Shown: positions 50,261 through 62,407 of the stretch, piece by piece
Layout: the number at the start of each line of letters is the position of its first letter
Numbering within the stretch: position 1 is the stretch's first letter
Assembly (NCBI RefSeq): GCF_048593235.1
Contig: NC_133620.1
Location: forward strand, 461,247,261-461,311,260
From: Sminthopsis crassicaudata
Taxonomy: Eukaryota
DNA: 64,000 nt
Direction of reading: 5' to 3'
Made by a program: the position numbers and the translations under genes
Notes under the pieces: model-generated
The model's input: only the letters and a program-made list of their open reading frames with translations
What the model was told of the DNA's origin: nothing
Databases searched by the model: none

Positions 50261-53169
50261 TGATTGTTCAATGAGATCTCTTTGCATTTGTCTGAAAGAA
50301 AGTCCTATGGGTCAGCAAAGGGCTTGGTTCTAGAGCATCCTTGCTGCCAGCCTGGTTCCATCCTCCCTGAAATAGCCATGTGCCAGAATGAGAAGTAGAT
50401 GCAAAATTATGCTAACCCACTTTCTTCTCTTCCAAAAAGACTTGGATTTTTTTTCTTTTAGGGGGAAAATTTGAGGCTGAGTAATGAGTAAGAGATATGA
50501 GAGTACACTGAAGAAACTTGGAGGGAGCAAAATCTTTAGGGCAAGCCAGAATTCAGCCCAGGGTGTTCCAGGAAGGAAGTGTGTGTGCCAGCAGCCATCA
50601 TTCTGGAGAAGTCACTGAGCACAAGTCTGGGAGACCGGAAAATTGGAAAATAACAAACTAAACGTGGCATCCATATGCAAATTTGTGAGCGAGTCCAAGA
50701 GGTGGGGGAGAGAAGGGGAAGGGAATGCAGGAGGAGCCACTTAATATTCCCTATATGGAGGACCCTGCAAGCTTTCCGTTGTGTACAAGAGGGTAATTAA
50801 ATCAAGGAGTTTGGCGAAAACCAAGAATTGCTTAGACATTTGAATCAGTGGCAGATCGGGAGAGGCAACTTGCCCCCACTTTGCTGTCTGGGACTGACTG
50901 TGTTGAATTTGCAGCCTCTTTGCATAGAAGTACTAGTGCCTGATCCATGACAGGTACTCAATAAATGCTTATTAATTGTATAACAGAAGCATACAGCAGG
51001 AAAGAAAATATACCTGGGGAAAGGCATCAAGCAAAGTAGGGCTTGGGGTAAGTAGCCCAGAGGGATATTCCCTTAAGAGTGGGGGTATAATATATTGTCC
51101 TCTCTGGAAGAGACAGAAATCATGGACTTCTAATACTAAGTTACTCACTGCTAGTTGCAAATGGAGATGGATAGGAAATATGGCAAGGTATATGGGAAGT
51201 TGTTGCTTCTGGACCATCAATGGATAGTTTACCATTTTAAATATTTTAGTGTTAACTGTTATTTCATGCATCTGAAGGAATATGTGTTATCGCTACCCTT
51301 CAAATTCATCTCCTTGGGACAAAGCTCCCATCTCCCTTTCCTAGTTCCATCTCTGGCTGCCATCATACTCTGGTGAATCAAAGCCTCCCAGGAATTGGGA
51401 TGTGGGGGAGAGCAGGCTTAAAGGATAGGAAGAATAGTGGCGGGAGTAGTTCAAATTGTTCCATCAAGATCTTCATTTCATATCTCACCAACAGGTCTGT
51501 CCTCGGGCCATTTGAGGACAGAGCTCCTGGAAAATAACAAGCTCTGGCTCCCTGTAAAAAAAAAAATCCTTCCTCTTTTCTTCCCCTAACATAAAAGAAT
51601 CCCATGAAGGAATGGGGTTGCTGCTGAATTCTGAGCTTGTCACAGCCCATTTCTATCCATGCAAGAAGTGAATTGGTAAATATTCAAGCTGGCCAGGCCC
51701 AGGCCTTGAGAAGTGGTCTCATAATAGCCCTGTGCAGAGGGAGTTTGGTTGGGGAGGGAAGGAGGAAGGAAGGAAAGCTGGAATTTCTGGTTGCTCCTTC
51801 ATTATGGATGATCTGAACTGGCAGGAGACAAGGATGTAGGTATTTTCATGGGAAAACTGTCCAATCACAGCATCCTAGAATGACCCTGGGATGCTTCCTC
51901 TGAACTCAGCTTAATTGACACAATAGCCTCTCTTGCTGACTTCTAGTTTTTTTTTTCAAGACTTGGTGGTGGCAGAATGTGCCCTCAGTGCCAGCTCCCA
52001 TGAGGGAGGGGAGAGGATCCTCTACTATCTCCTTAACTGGCCTCCATTAGGTCCAACGGGAGCTAGGAAGAGCTGGGCAGGAATTCTAGCCATCTCTTCC
52101 CAATATTAGACTGGCAGTGCTCATGTCAATGTCAAGACCTACAACATCTGCCTGACATATGTACGTGGCACGAATCTTGGATTTCGCATTGGAATGGACT
52201 TGGGAGGTCAGCCCTGTCACTTTACCCAAAGTGCCATGGGCAGGAAGGAATACAGGCTGGATTTCAACCTCTGATCTCTGATGTCAGAGCATGGGCTCTC
52301 TCTATTATACATGTCACATCAAATTCGGACGGTAACAGATCATCAATCTAGAGCTAGGAGGTCAACTGCTCGACTGAGGACACGATGATCCAAATTACTT
52401 AGCCAAGGTCACTTAGTACTTGGAAATCTTTCTATTATACCATATTGATAAATATATTTATATGTACCATTAATAAAAGTCATCCATCTCCTGGGCAGTG
52501 TGGATGGCAGAAAGTTGAAGTTATGGATGTCTTATGGACATCCTGAGCTGACACTGTCAGAGGGCATTATTTGGGGGCATCACAAGCAGAATGATGTTGC
52601 TTAGAAGAGACAATAGTTTCTACCCCTCTTCCCATGTTTTTTTTGCTGAAAAGTTAGACAAGGCAAAAAAACCCACTGAATTTAGAGTTAGGGAATTGGG
52701 CTCAAATGTCAGCTCTGTTCTTACTACCTCTTTATCAAGGATAAATCACTTTAATTCTCTGAGCCTCAGTTTCTCCATTCATGAAATAAAGTCTAGTTCT
52801 AGAGAACCTGTAATGTAACATACTTTATAATATTAAATGTGTGACCCTTTTGTAAAAAAGGCTAAATTACCCTCTAAGGGACATTGCTTAGAACATGAAC
52901 AAATATTCTTTGTCAGTTCCCAGTAGACTCTACTGCTGCCATTTTGTCTGTGGATACTGTAACTGCCTCTGACAACCTCAGACATCCAGAACTTTCAGAA
53001 CTCCAGTGGTTCTGTCAGAAAGGTAAATAAAGGCAGCAAACCTAGTCACATGACACCAGGATAGAAAATAAACTCAAAGCTAGACCCTTCTTTTTCAAAG
53101 GACCCCACTTCCATTGCTGTTCTAGCTCAGCAGTTAATCAGGGGCAAAGAATAGTCATACATGGCCCAA

Positions 53170-53540
53170 TGTTATGTTCTGCTTTCTAGAGCCCCAAAGT
53201 TGGGGTGATATAAAATGTACTGTGTTTTCTAGAGCCCCCACGCCAAGGTGATTAAAATATTGTGGTCTGCTTTCTAGAGTCCCCATGCTGGGGTATTGTG
53301 TGCTTAATTACCCACACCAGGGTGATTAAAACATACTATTTTAGTGGAGAAGTGAGGAGGTGAGACTCCTGAGGATGGTGGGAAAATGGAGTCTGTTTAT
53401 TCCCAGTTCTTTCACCCCTATATACCCTCATGCCCTTATGTAACCGAAGCAACACTGCTCATGCACTAAATATACATTGTGTACTTGGGACCACCTGTAT
53501 GTAGATTGCCACCTGGTATTATTCTGCTTTAATCACAACA
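53170..53540 (-). mobile_element. Solo LTR of an endogenous retrovirus
   Basis: TG...CA termini with 7-bp inverted ends (tgttatg/cacaaca, one mismatch). On the minus strand, TATATA (53419-53424) then AATAAA (53396-53401), then about 45-bp tandem repeats. TSD not evident. Confidence 0.75.
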
Positions 53541-53765
53541 CAGGTTGTCACCACCTCCTGACTTCCCAGGAAGGCCGAGAGCCCTTAGAGGAGATGGGGA
53601 GCCCAACCAGACCCTCTAGGCTGAAGGGTCTTATACCTCACCCAGAGTTCCCCCACTATCTGTAGCCCTCTACAGCCCAAGGAATTTGCCCTTGTAACTC
53701 TATGAGGGCAGACCCCTTCCCTTCGTGGACTATTTCCCCATTTGTAGAGTAAGAGTGATGGACTA

Positions 53766-53919
53766 GGGGCAGCGAGGTGGCGCAGTGGATAGAGCACCAG
53801 CCTTGAATTCAGGAGGACCCGAGTTCAAATCTGGTCTCAGACACTTAACACTTCCTAGCTGTGTGACCCTGGGCAAGTCACTTAACCCCAGCCTTTAAAA
53901 AAAAAAAAAAAAAAAAAAA
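53766..53919 (+). mobile_element. Young WSINE1-like SINE with A23 tail and 11-bp TSD
   Basis: A box TGGCGCAGTGG (53778-53788), B box GTTCAAATC, three retained CpGs, A23 tail, TSD AGTGATGGACT at 53754-53764 and 53919-53929. Confidence 0.97.
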
Positions 53920-54051
53920 GTGATGGACTGGAGGGTCTCTAAGATTTCTCTCATCTCTAAATCTTATCTTCAAAGATAAGAGTCTTTTCCATCAAGGATC
54001 TTTCTATTGAAGAAAATCTCTGGGTACAACTTGTAAGATCCTAAAACCAGA

Positions 54052-54450
54052 GCAAGGGTTCTTAAGTGGGGTTCATCAACACATCCCCAGGGAGTCTGTG
54101 AATAGATATCATGAGCTCATGAACTGAAATGAGAAAAATAAGGACATCTTTATTTAGCTTTTGCTTTCTTTTTAATTTCATGAATATTTTTTTTGCATTT
54201 AAACCTTCAATTTCCTTTGTAATCCTCTATATTTTAATTTTAGTCCCTTTAGATTTTAAGTTCATTAAGGGGAGGGATTGTCTTCCTTTTTATTAATTGT
54301 TAACCCTAGTGCTTTACATAGCACCTATCATGTTGTAGATATTTAGTAAATGTTTATTGGATTGGGTTTTATGCATTTAAAGGTATTATTTTGAGAAGGG
54401 GTCATAGGCTTGGCTTTGGCAAAAGAGGTGAAGGACACCAAAAAGGTTTC
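54052..54450 (+). mobile_element. hAT-Charlie-type fossil with nested L2 3' end (about 54243-54366)
   Basis: agggttcttaagtggggttcat start. tttcctttgtaatcctctatattttaa|L2|ttttatgcatttaaaggtattattttgagaagggg junction. End at caaaaaggtt. Confidence 0.75.
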
Positions 54451-55469
54451 AAGTATGACCCCATCTTGTCCATTGCTCTAATTTTACAGATGAGGAAACT
54501 GAGACTTGGGAGATAAAAACCACTTGCCCCCGGGGCCGAAGGTGCTTTAGCTGTAATTTGAACTGATATCCCATGACAAGTTCAGCAAGGGTAAAAGGTA
54601 GGATGTGAAACTGGCTGCCTCACCAGTGTTCTCCACTGCATCATGCTGTGCTTCTAGAAAATTAAATACTAAATATATGCAAAGTAATTTCCAGAGGGAA
54701 GACACTAACCACCTGGGTGAACAGGATTAAGATAAGTTCATTAAAGTTAATATTATCTCTATGGTATCCATGTTATGGATGTGGTTTAAAACCACTCTGA
54801 GTAGAAGGTATTTCAAGCAACAGATTGTGGAGGGAGGGAGGTTATGCTCTTGACTCTCCTCTGGACTTTCTCTGTCCCATGCCCTAGAAACTGGAAACTC
54901 ACTTGGGCTAGGGACTTCACGGATTCTGGCCCTGGAGCTGCTTCCTTTGAATGGCCCATTCTTTCCAGAACCTCCATTTTATGGAAGGCACCCAGATCAC
55001 CCATGCTTTCACTTCTCTCTAGGCTGTATTCTTGTTTCCCTGTAATGTCCCTGGACCCAATTGTCCTTCATCCTTCTTTCACTCTTCTAGCTTCCTTTTC
55101 TGTGTTGATTTCTCTCATAAGAAAGTAAGCTCCTTGAGGGCAGACATGATCTTTCTGTTCATAGTTGTATTCCTACTCATTAGCACCGTGTCTGCCATAT
55201 AGTTAGCTCCAAATAAATGTTTGTTGACTTGTAGAGGAAACATTTGGGAGGTAGGGTCCCCTAAAATCATACATGCTTGTCAGGGGTGTTTTGATGCTCA
55301 CAAACTTTAAAGTGCCATATAAATGTCAGTTGTTATGATTATTAATTATAATTAGCCAATAATCACTTGGTCTCCAGAATGATGACTTCATTCCCTGAGC
55401 ATTCTACTGCCCTCTTGATAAGCTCAAATAATATTTACAGAGTAATACAGAGGGTGTGAAGGAGGGCAT

Positions 55470-55650
55470 GTATGCAATTCACTTTTAAGTTTAATTTGCA
55501 TTATTAGCACTTGTAAAAGCCCAGACAATCAACAAAATAGTAAAATAAGTCTTGAATTGTAGCAGAATTTCTGAGGTGTGAATACTCACCCCAAAGATTT
55601 AACAATCTGCTTCTTCATTCCTGTTGGAGCCGGTGCCTGCTCTGGCTGCC
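55470..55650. mobile_element. hAT (MER63-like) fossil, copy 2
   Basis: ttttaagtttaatttgcattatt...cagacaatcaacaaaa...ggtgtgaatactcaccccaaagatttaacaatctgc aligns with 12226-12370. Confidence 0.7.
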
Positions 55651-56259
55651 AATAAGGATGGGGCCAGATGATTGGATGAATAATTCCTGAGAACCACCAG
55701 TAAGGTCTATGGGATACCAAAACACGAGGCTGAAAAAAGAATTCCCTATCCAGATGTGCACTTGTGCTTTTTTTTTCCATAAGAAAAAAAGGTTTCGGTT
55801 TTTTTTTTTTCCTACTTCATCCCATCCAATAACTAAGTAGAGCGAGTCTTTTTTATTCTCATCCCACCCTCAGGACTGACCAGGCCAACTGAATTTATGG
55901 AACCCACCGATTGTTTTGGCCTTGTGCTGTTTGGGAGCCAGAACACTCTGGGAATGATGGGCCCCATCTTCTCATATAGAGAGCTGTGAATTAAAGTGTG
56001 TGAGTTACTAGCCCCTTGAAACTAGAATCTGGTTATAATGAAAACACCAGAGACCTTTAACTCTGGATCAGCTGGCAGATGACACAATAGAACTATATTA
56101 ATTTTGGGTTTTAATAAAGCATATTCCAGCACTCAATAAAGGCTGTGCTGCTATTTGGGGATGGGAGATGCATTATGAAGGCACTTTAGAGTAGAAAAAA
56201 AAGAGCTAGATAAAGGAAATCTAATTGAAGCATACAATGCGTTTACCAGTGTAGCTACT

Positions 56260-56982
56260 NNNNNNNNNNNNNNNNNNNNNNNNNNNNNNNNNNNNNNNNN
56301 NNNNNNNNNNNNNNNNNNNNNNNNNNNNNNNNNNNNNNNNNNNNNNNNNNNNNNNNNNNNNNNNNNNNNNNNNNNNNNNNNNNNNNNNNNNNNNNNNNNN
56401 NNNNNNNNNNNNNNNNNNNNNNNNNNNNNNNNNNNNNNNNNNNNNNNNNNNNNNNNNNNNNNNNNNNNNNNNNNNNNNNNNNNNNNNNNNNNNNNNNNNN
56501 NNNNNNNNNNNNNNNNNNNNNNNNNNNNNNNNNNNNNNNNNNNNNNNNNNNNNNNNNNNNNNNNNNNNNNNNNNNNNNNNNNNNNNNNNNNNNNNNNNNN
56601 NNNNNNNNNNNNNNNNNNNNNNNNNNNNNNNNNNNNNNNNNNNNNNNNNNNNNNNNNNNNNNNNNNNNNNNNNNNNNNNNNNNNNNNNNNNNNNNNNNNN
56701 NNNNNNNNNNNNNNNNNNNNNNNNNNNNNNNNNNNNNNNNNNNNNNNNNNNNNNNNNNNNNNNNNNNNNNNNNNNNNNNNNNNNNNNNNNNNNNNNNNNN
56801 NNNNNNNNNNNNNNNNNNNNNNNNNNNNNNNNNNNNNNNNNNNNNNNNNNNNNNNNNNNNNNNNNNNNNNNNNNNNNNNNNNNNNNNNNNNNNNNNNNNN
56901 NNNNNNNNNNNNNNNNNNNNNNNNNNNNNNNNNNNNNNNNNNNNNNNNNNNNNNNNNNNNNNNNNNNNNNNNNNNNNNNNNN
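56260..56982. other. Assembly gap, 723 N
   Basis: N run. Flanks are not simple repeat. Confidence 1.
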
Positions 56983-57559
56983 AGATAGAATCGGGGTTAC
57001 TGAGTTGCAGTCAAATGTAAAAATACACTTCATAGTGGTCTGTGAACACTGAATGCTTAGCTGGTAAACCACATTTGAAAGGGTAGGCTTAGAAAAGCTT
57101 TTCTTGCTAGAGGAAACATGAATAGGGAGTCAGGCAACCCAATTATGGTCTTGTAAAGAAAGCAGGTGATCGATAAGTAGGCCGCTTTCCTGGCTCTTGA
57201 CTGTATCTCCAATTTGTGTATAAAATGCAACTAGCAAGTGTGTCCTTTCCTGAAGTACCTATTGTCTTCTAGTTGCTATTCCTGGTTCTAATACTTTAAT
57301 GGAGATATATCCCCACAAGTATTGCACATTTCCTCCTCTAGTGCAGACTGCAATCTATCTATGTCTTTTTATTTTGTGACAATTCACCCTGAAACTGTGA
57401 AATCAATGATCTTGAAGTGTAGATCTGGCTGTGTTACTCCCTCGCTCAACAAGTCTCTGTGGGTCTCTATTACTTTTGGGAAAAAAATATGAATTCTTCC
57501 ATGTGGAATTTATAATCCTTCCCTGCTGGGTCCAGGAGGCAGCAGACTGGTACATGATG

Positions 57560-57790
57560 CAAATGGCACGTTGAACTCCTAAAGGGAAGCTTCATAGGAT
57601 GGGAAGAGCTGTGTTCAAGTCGCCTCTGATCTTCCATCAAGTGATTTTTGGCAAGTCACTTTATATTTCCAGGCCTCCAGGCAGCTCTCTAAAGCTATTA
57701 AATTTCTGGGCAGGTGCCAATTGGCATTGGTAAAGGCAACTTCCCTCACCAGGATCCCCCAACATTGATGAAATCACCAGAGTGAACTAG
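57560..57790 (+). mobile_element. Marsupial SINE (MdoRep1-like)
   Basis: gttcaagtcgcctctga...ggcaagtcacttt...ggcattggtaaaggcaacttccctcacc...tgatgaaatcac. Related to 223-445. Confidence 0.55.
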
Positions 57791-57894
57791 GAAACATAAA
57801 ATTGTCCCATGTGCCATGACTGGTATTCTACTAAGTGATTCTTCATCCCTTAAGCCCCCCCCCCCCCAAAGAAATCCCATCCTCCATACTCTTT

Positions 57895-58115
57895 GGCTTT
57901 TCTGTTATTCAGTTATGTCCAACTCTTCTGGATCCTATTGGGCAAGGAGACTGGAGTGCCTGGCTATTTCCTTCTCAAGCTCATTTTACAGATGAGGAAA
58001 CTGAAGCCAGCAGAGTTAAATGGCTTGCCCAGGTTCACACAGCTGGTAAGTGTTTTAAATTTGAACTCAGGAAGAAGAGTCTTCCTGATTCCAGGACTGC
58101 TTCTCTATCCACTCC
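57895..58115 (-). mobile_element. Mar1-type SINE
   Basis: ttattcagttatgtccaactc...gactggagtgcctggctatttccttctcaagctcattttacagatgaggaaactgaag. Confidence 0.85.
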
Positions 58116-60319
58116 GCTGTCCCATTCCTTGGATGAGTTATTCGCAAAAGCAGCTAATGGAAAAGTATCAAGAGCTTTTCCAATATGGTGTATTTCATTT
58201 CTTTGAGTGAGAATTATAGCACATTAAAAACAATTTCCTGCATTCTGGCTTTTTAAGTTGCTAATTTTATAAGCTGGGCTTATTTCTTCATCTATAAAAC
58301 AATGGTTGGATGGTCCCTGAGGTTTACTCGGCTCTAAATCTGTGAATTTATAATCATTGGATAGCTCTTTCCCTTGAAGATTAGTGTTCCAAGTTGCAAA
58401 TATAAATTGGAAGTGCCTTGAGAGCAGGTCCCTTGTCTTACAGGTCTTTGTAATCCCTAGAGTGCCCAGTATAGTGCTTCACACACACACAAAAGAAATT
58501 GGCAAATACTTGTCTAAGGAATGAAGTGCTTCCAGACTTGGAATTGGGTGCCATATGGGGAAAAAATTCTCCCTCCCTTTCTCCCCAAAGTCAGCCCTTC
58601 TGAATTTTCCAGCCCACAGATGGTGTTTTAAATCATTCACTGTTGTCCATGGAGGTTGCATTGGTAATAAAAACAGTGAATGACCCAATTCTTTTCCTCC
58701 ACCATCATTAATTTTTCCTATTCCTCAGATCATCCTTAGGCAAAGGTATCGCTTTAGGGCTTATATAGCCTATGCTTGAATCTTGGATGCTTCCTGAAGG
58801 GTCAAGTGTTGCTCCCCCAAGTCACCCCAAGAGTGTACAAAAGCCTTGCATCTTCACTCCGGAAACCTGTAGAAAGCCAAAAATGGGTATGAGATTTCAC
58901 CGAGACCAACAGAAAACACTCAGAAATTTGGTGTGCCTCATGACTCAGTGTCGGTTGGAAAAAACAATTCAGTGCAGAAATGCTCAAAGATGTTAGGGGC
59001 CAATCCATCCTCCACCCCGTATTAGCAGGACTTTTTTCTGGATCAATCTGCTTCTTCACAAATGACCATGGAGAAAGCAAATGAATCTCACTATCCTCCT
59101 CTTGCCCACACCATTCTATCTTAAGACAGAGATTCTACTGAGCATTTTTTTTTTGCACAGAATCTGCCGAGGTTCATGTTCCCTCCTCTGCAATATACCT
59201 TCTAATAGTTTCATAATTTTGCTCAAGAGAAAGGAGGGCTAGTATTAAGGGTATTTGAAAATATAAGACTTTTGTTGACTTGTTCATTTTTTCTTCTGAA
59301 TGGGGTGTTGTACCAAAGGCCCATAATTCAGGGTGCTCCTTGCTTTTCTTCTCCCTCGCTTCCCATGTCCTTCAGTTGCTAAGCCTTGTGGGCAATCCAT
59401 CTCCATTATGTCTTTAGCATCTGTCCCTTTTTCACCTCCTAAAACATCAATTCTCCATTTAAGTCCCTTTTTAACCTTCACCTGGGACCATTGTAATAAG
59501 TCCTGCTGGTCTCTCTGCCTCCAACCTCTATACAACTGCCAAACCAAGACTCCCCAAGCTCACATGTGGCAACCATGCCATTCTCTCACTCTACAATCTT
59601 CATTGGTTCCCTTTGGCCTTGGATAAAATACAAAAGCCCTAATCTGGTATTAAGAATACTGCATTGGCCATTTGCCTTCCCATTTTCATTATAAATTTCT
59701 CCAATTCAAGTAGTTCTGGACAAACATGGCAGCTTGGCTCTCAAGATATGTCAGCTTTCGTTTCTTTTGAATAATTATTGGGTCTTTCAAGGATTCTTGT
59801 ATGATTTTGATAAGTGCATGGGGAATTCTTGACTGGAGAAGAGATTCTGCCATTTTTAATCTGAGATCTTCATATTTAAAAAAATGTTGAAAGTATTTTA
59901 ATTTAATTGGTTAGTGTTACAATAGTACACATTTTATTTATGCCTTTTAAATTATTCTGAGAAGATCTTACCAGACTTCCAATAGTCAAACATTTCTACT
60001 TCCAGGTTTCATTTTGCTCTATTCAATCAATGTGTGGTATAAGAAATAGGATGCTGGCCTTCGAGTTTGAACTCAGGTTTAAATACTATTGGAGCCACTT
60101 TGTAATCTCCAGGAGGTTATATTGCACTTCTGTGCCTCAGTTTCCTCATCTGTAAAAAAGGGTTGGACTCAATGATTTTTAAGAGACTATTTAGCTCTAG
60201 AACTGTGATCCCATGCTCTTTTCTGTGGTCAATACAAAAGCAAACAGATTACATCTTTTTCCCATCTTTCAGCCAATTATGTGGCTGTATACACAGGTGT
60301 GATTGGCTAGAACATGTCA

Positions 60320-60900
60320 TTGGCAAAATCTATTCCTTCATTGACCAAATGCTGACAATACAAAGGCCAAAATTGAAACAGCCTCTGCTCTCAAGATGAC
60401 TACATTCTATCGAGGGGGACAATACATGCACAAGTAACTATATATAAGATATTTGAAATAAATACAGAGTGATTTTTTTCTTTGGAAGGGGGATCCTAGC
60501 ATCTGGCAGATCAAGAAAAGCTTGAAAGGGTACTTGAGCAGAGTTTTGAACAGAAAAACTTGGATTTTATCCTCAGGATGATAGGTAACTCTTAGGGTTG
60601 AGCAGAAGAATGACATGGCTAGATCTGTGCTTTAGGAAATCCACTTGGGTGGCTGAGTGGGGGGTGGTGTGGAGTAATGAGGGGATTCAAGGCAGGATGA
60701 CCAACTAAAAGCCCATTGCGATAATCCCGGTGAGTGGTGTTGAGGGCTCTGTGATTAGAGAGAAGAGAATTGATGGCCTGAAAGACTTGGCAGCTAGTTG
60801 GATATGGGGGATGAGATAAAGATGACTCTGAGATTGTGAAACCGAGGGACTGGAAGGTCAGTGGGTACCATGTATAGAAGCAGGGGTGAAGTTTGGGGAA
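60320..60900 (-). mobile_element. L2 fragment
   Basis: ctgctctcaagatgactacattcta...gatctgtgctttaggaaatccacttggg...aagatgactctgagattgtgaacc. Confidence 0.75.
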
Positions 60901-61084
60901 AAGATAGTATGTTATATTCTTCAAAGACACTCTTAAAACATATTTTAGTTAAATTTTGTGGGCTTAGAAAGAGAGGCACATAGCTCTTCTTATTATCTTA
61001 TTGATATCTGATTGATCTTATTGATATCTTCTTGAAAGTAAATAGCAAAAAATAGTAAATAATCAATAGTAAAAAAAAAAATCA

Positions 61085-61325
61085 TTATAGGTGTTCTGGG
61101 AAGGCCCTTGTTTATGTCCTGTACCCCTTTGACAGTCTTAGGAAGACCATATGCCCTTTCTTGAAAAGAGGTTTTTTAAATACCCAAAATAAAATATATT
61201 GGATTACAAAGGAACCCAATTTTACTGAAGTATAGTTATCAAAATATTTAAAATAATGAACAAACCCAGTCAGGTTTACAGGTTCTGTTTTGTGTAAAGA
61301 CATCCTGGGAAGCTTAAAAACTGGT
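61085..61325 (-). mobile_element. hAT-Charlie-type fossil
   Basis: cccctttgacagtcttaggaagaccatatgcccttc...aaaataaaatatattggattacaaaggaaccc...gttatcaaaatattt. Reverse of the family at 54052. Confidence 0.75.
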
Positions 61326-61586
61326 TCTCTCCCGAGCTGTGCACAGAGAAGAATGGATCTCATCATTAGAAGTTCCCTCTGTGAGCCAGGAACATTTCTA
61401 GTCACCCACTGCCTTGGAGGGTGGAAGAGTTAGAAGCTCAGCATGTGCCAGTGTTATTTCTCTGTCTCTTGCAAACTACAGAGAGGAGGCCCACGTGCGT
61501 GAATTTGTTTGACTAAATATAGTCTCCATATCATCAGCCTCCCCAATAGGGCAGAAATCAGTTAAGCAAGTGAATGGTATGTTTGG

Positions 61587-61588
<2 letters not shown>

Positions 61589-61648
<60 letters not shown>
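61589..61648. repeat. (GT)30 microsatellite
   Basis: Perfect GT run. Confidence 1.
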
Positions 61649-61650
<2 letters not shown>

Positions 61651-62407
61651 TTACTCTACATAATGAAATAACATTAAAAATGAGTTTCTCTGATTTTTTT
61701 CACTTAAAAATGGAAAGAACAAAATAAAAAAAAAAGAATAAAAAAAAACCATGGTGTCTAGGAATGAAATTGGAATTCAGAGGTAACCTGGAATAAGAAT
61801 TCTAGCCTTGGAGTGAGGAAAATTTTGGTTCAGATTTGAATCTCAGCTGCTTATTTATTCTGTGGTTTTGGATAAATCACTTGCTCTTATTCAACCTCAG
61901 TTTCCTTACCTGTAACATGAGGGGATGGCTTAGACTTGATGGTCTCTCCACTCATGATCCCACAATCCTAGGCAGTCCTGCATGGTAATTTTGACTTGGC
62001 TGTTTATAACTTCTGTGCCATATTTGGTTTGTTTTTTGTTTATTAATCCAGAAAAGGAAACTAGATGATCCCTGAGCTGCTGTTTCTTCCTCTACAAAAT
62101 GAGATGGTTTCTTTCCAGCTCTAAGTCCTAAGACAAATCCCTATCTACGTGTCGTCTGGTCCTGTGCCATCATTCACTGCCTAGATGGCAATGGATTGGC
62201 TATAGATTTGGATGGAGAAGGGAGATGAGAGGTCTAAACTTTTCATTTACCAGGTAAAGAAGTTGAGGTTTAGTAAGGTGAGGGATTTACTGGAAGTCAT
62301 AAAGGTAGGGGGCAATTTAAGCCTGGGCTCACTGATTACAAAGACATTGAGATTGAAGCTTGTTGAATAACTTGTTGGAGATCAAGGGTCTACTTTGAGG
62401 CAGACAC

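Noticed and set aside
53766-53840. tRNA-like A and B boxes (also in other SINE heads)
   Set aside because: These are SINE heads with no cloverleaf or anticodon arm, so they are not tRNA genes.
62018-62027. Perfect CArG box CCATATTTGG
   Set aside because: Several are expected by chance in an AT-rich 64 kb and there is no supporting context.
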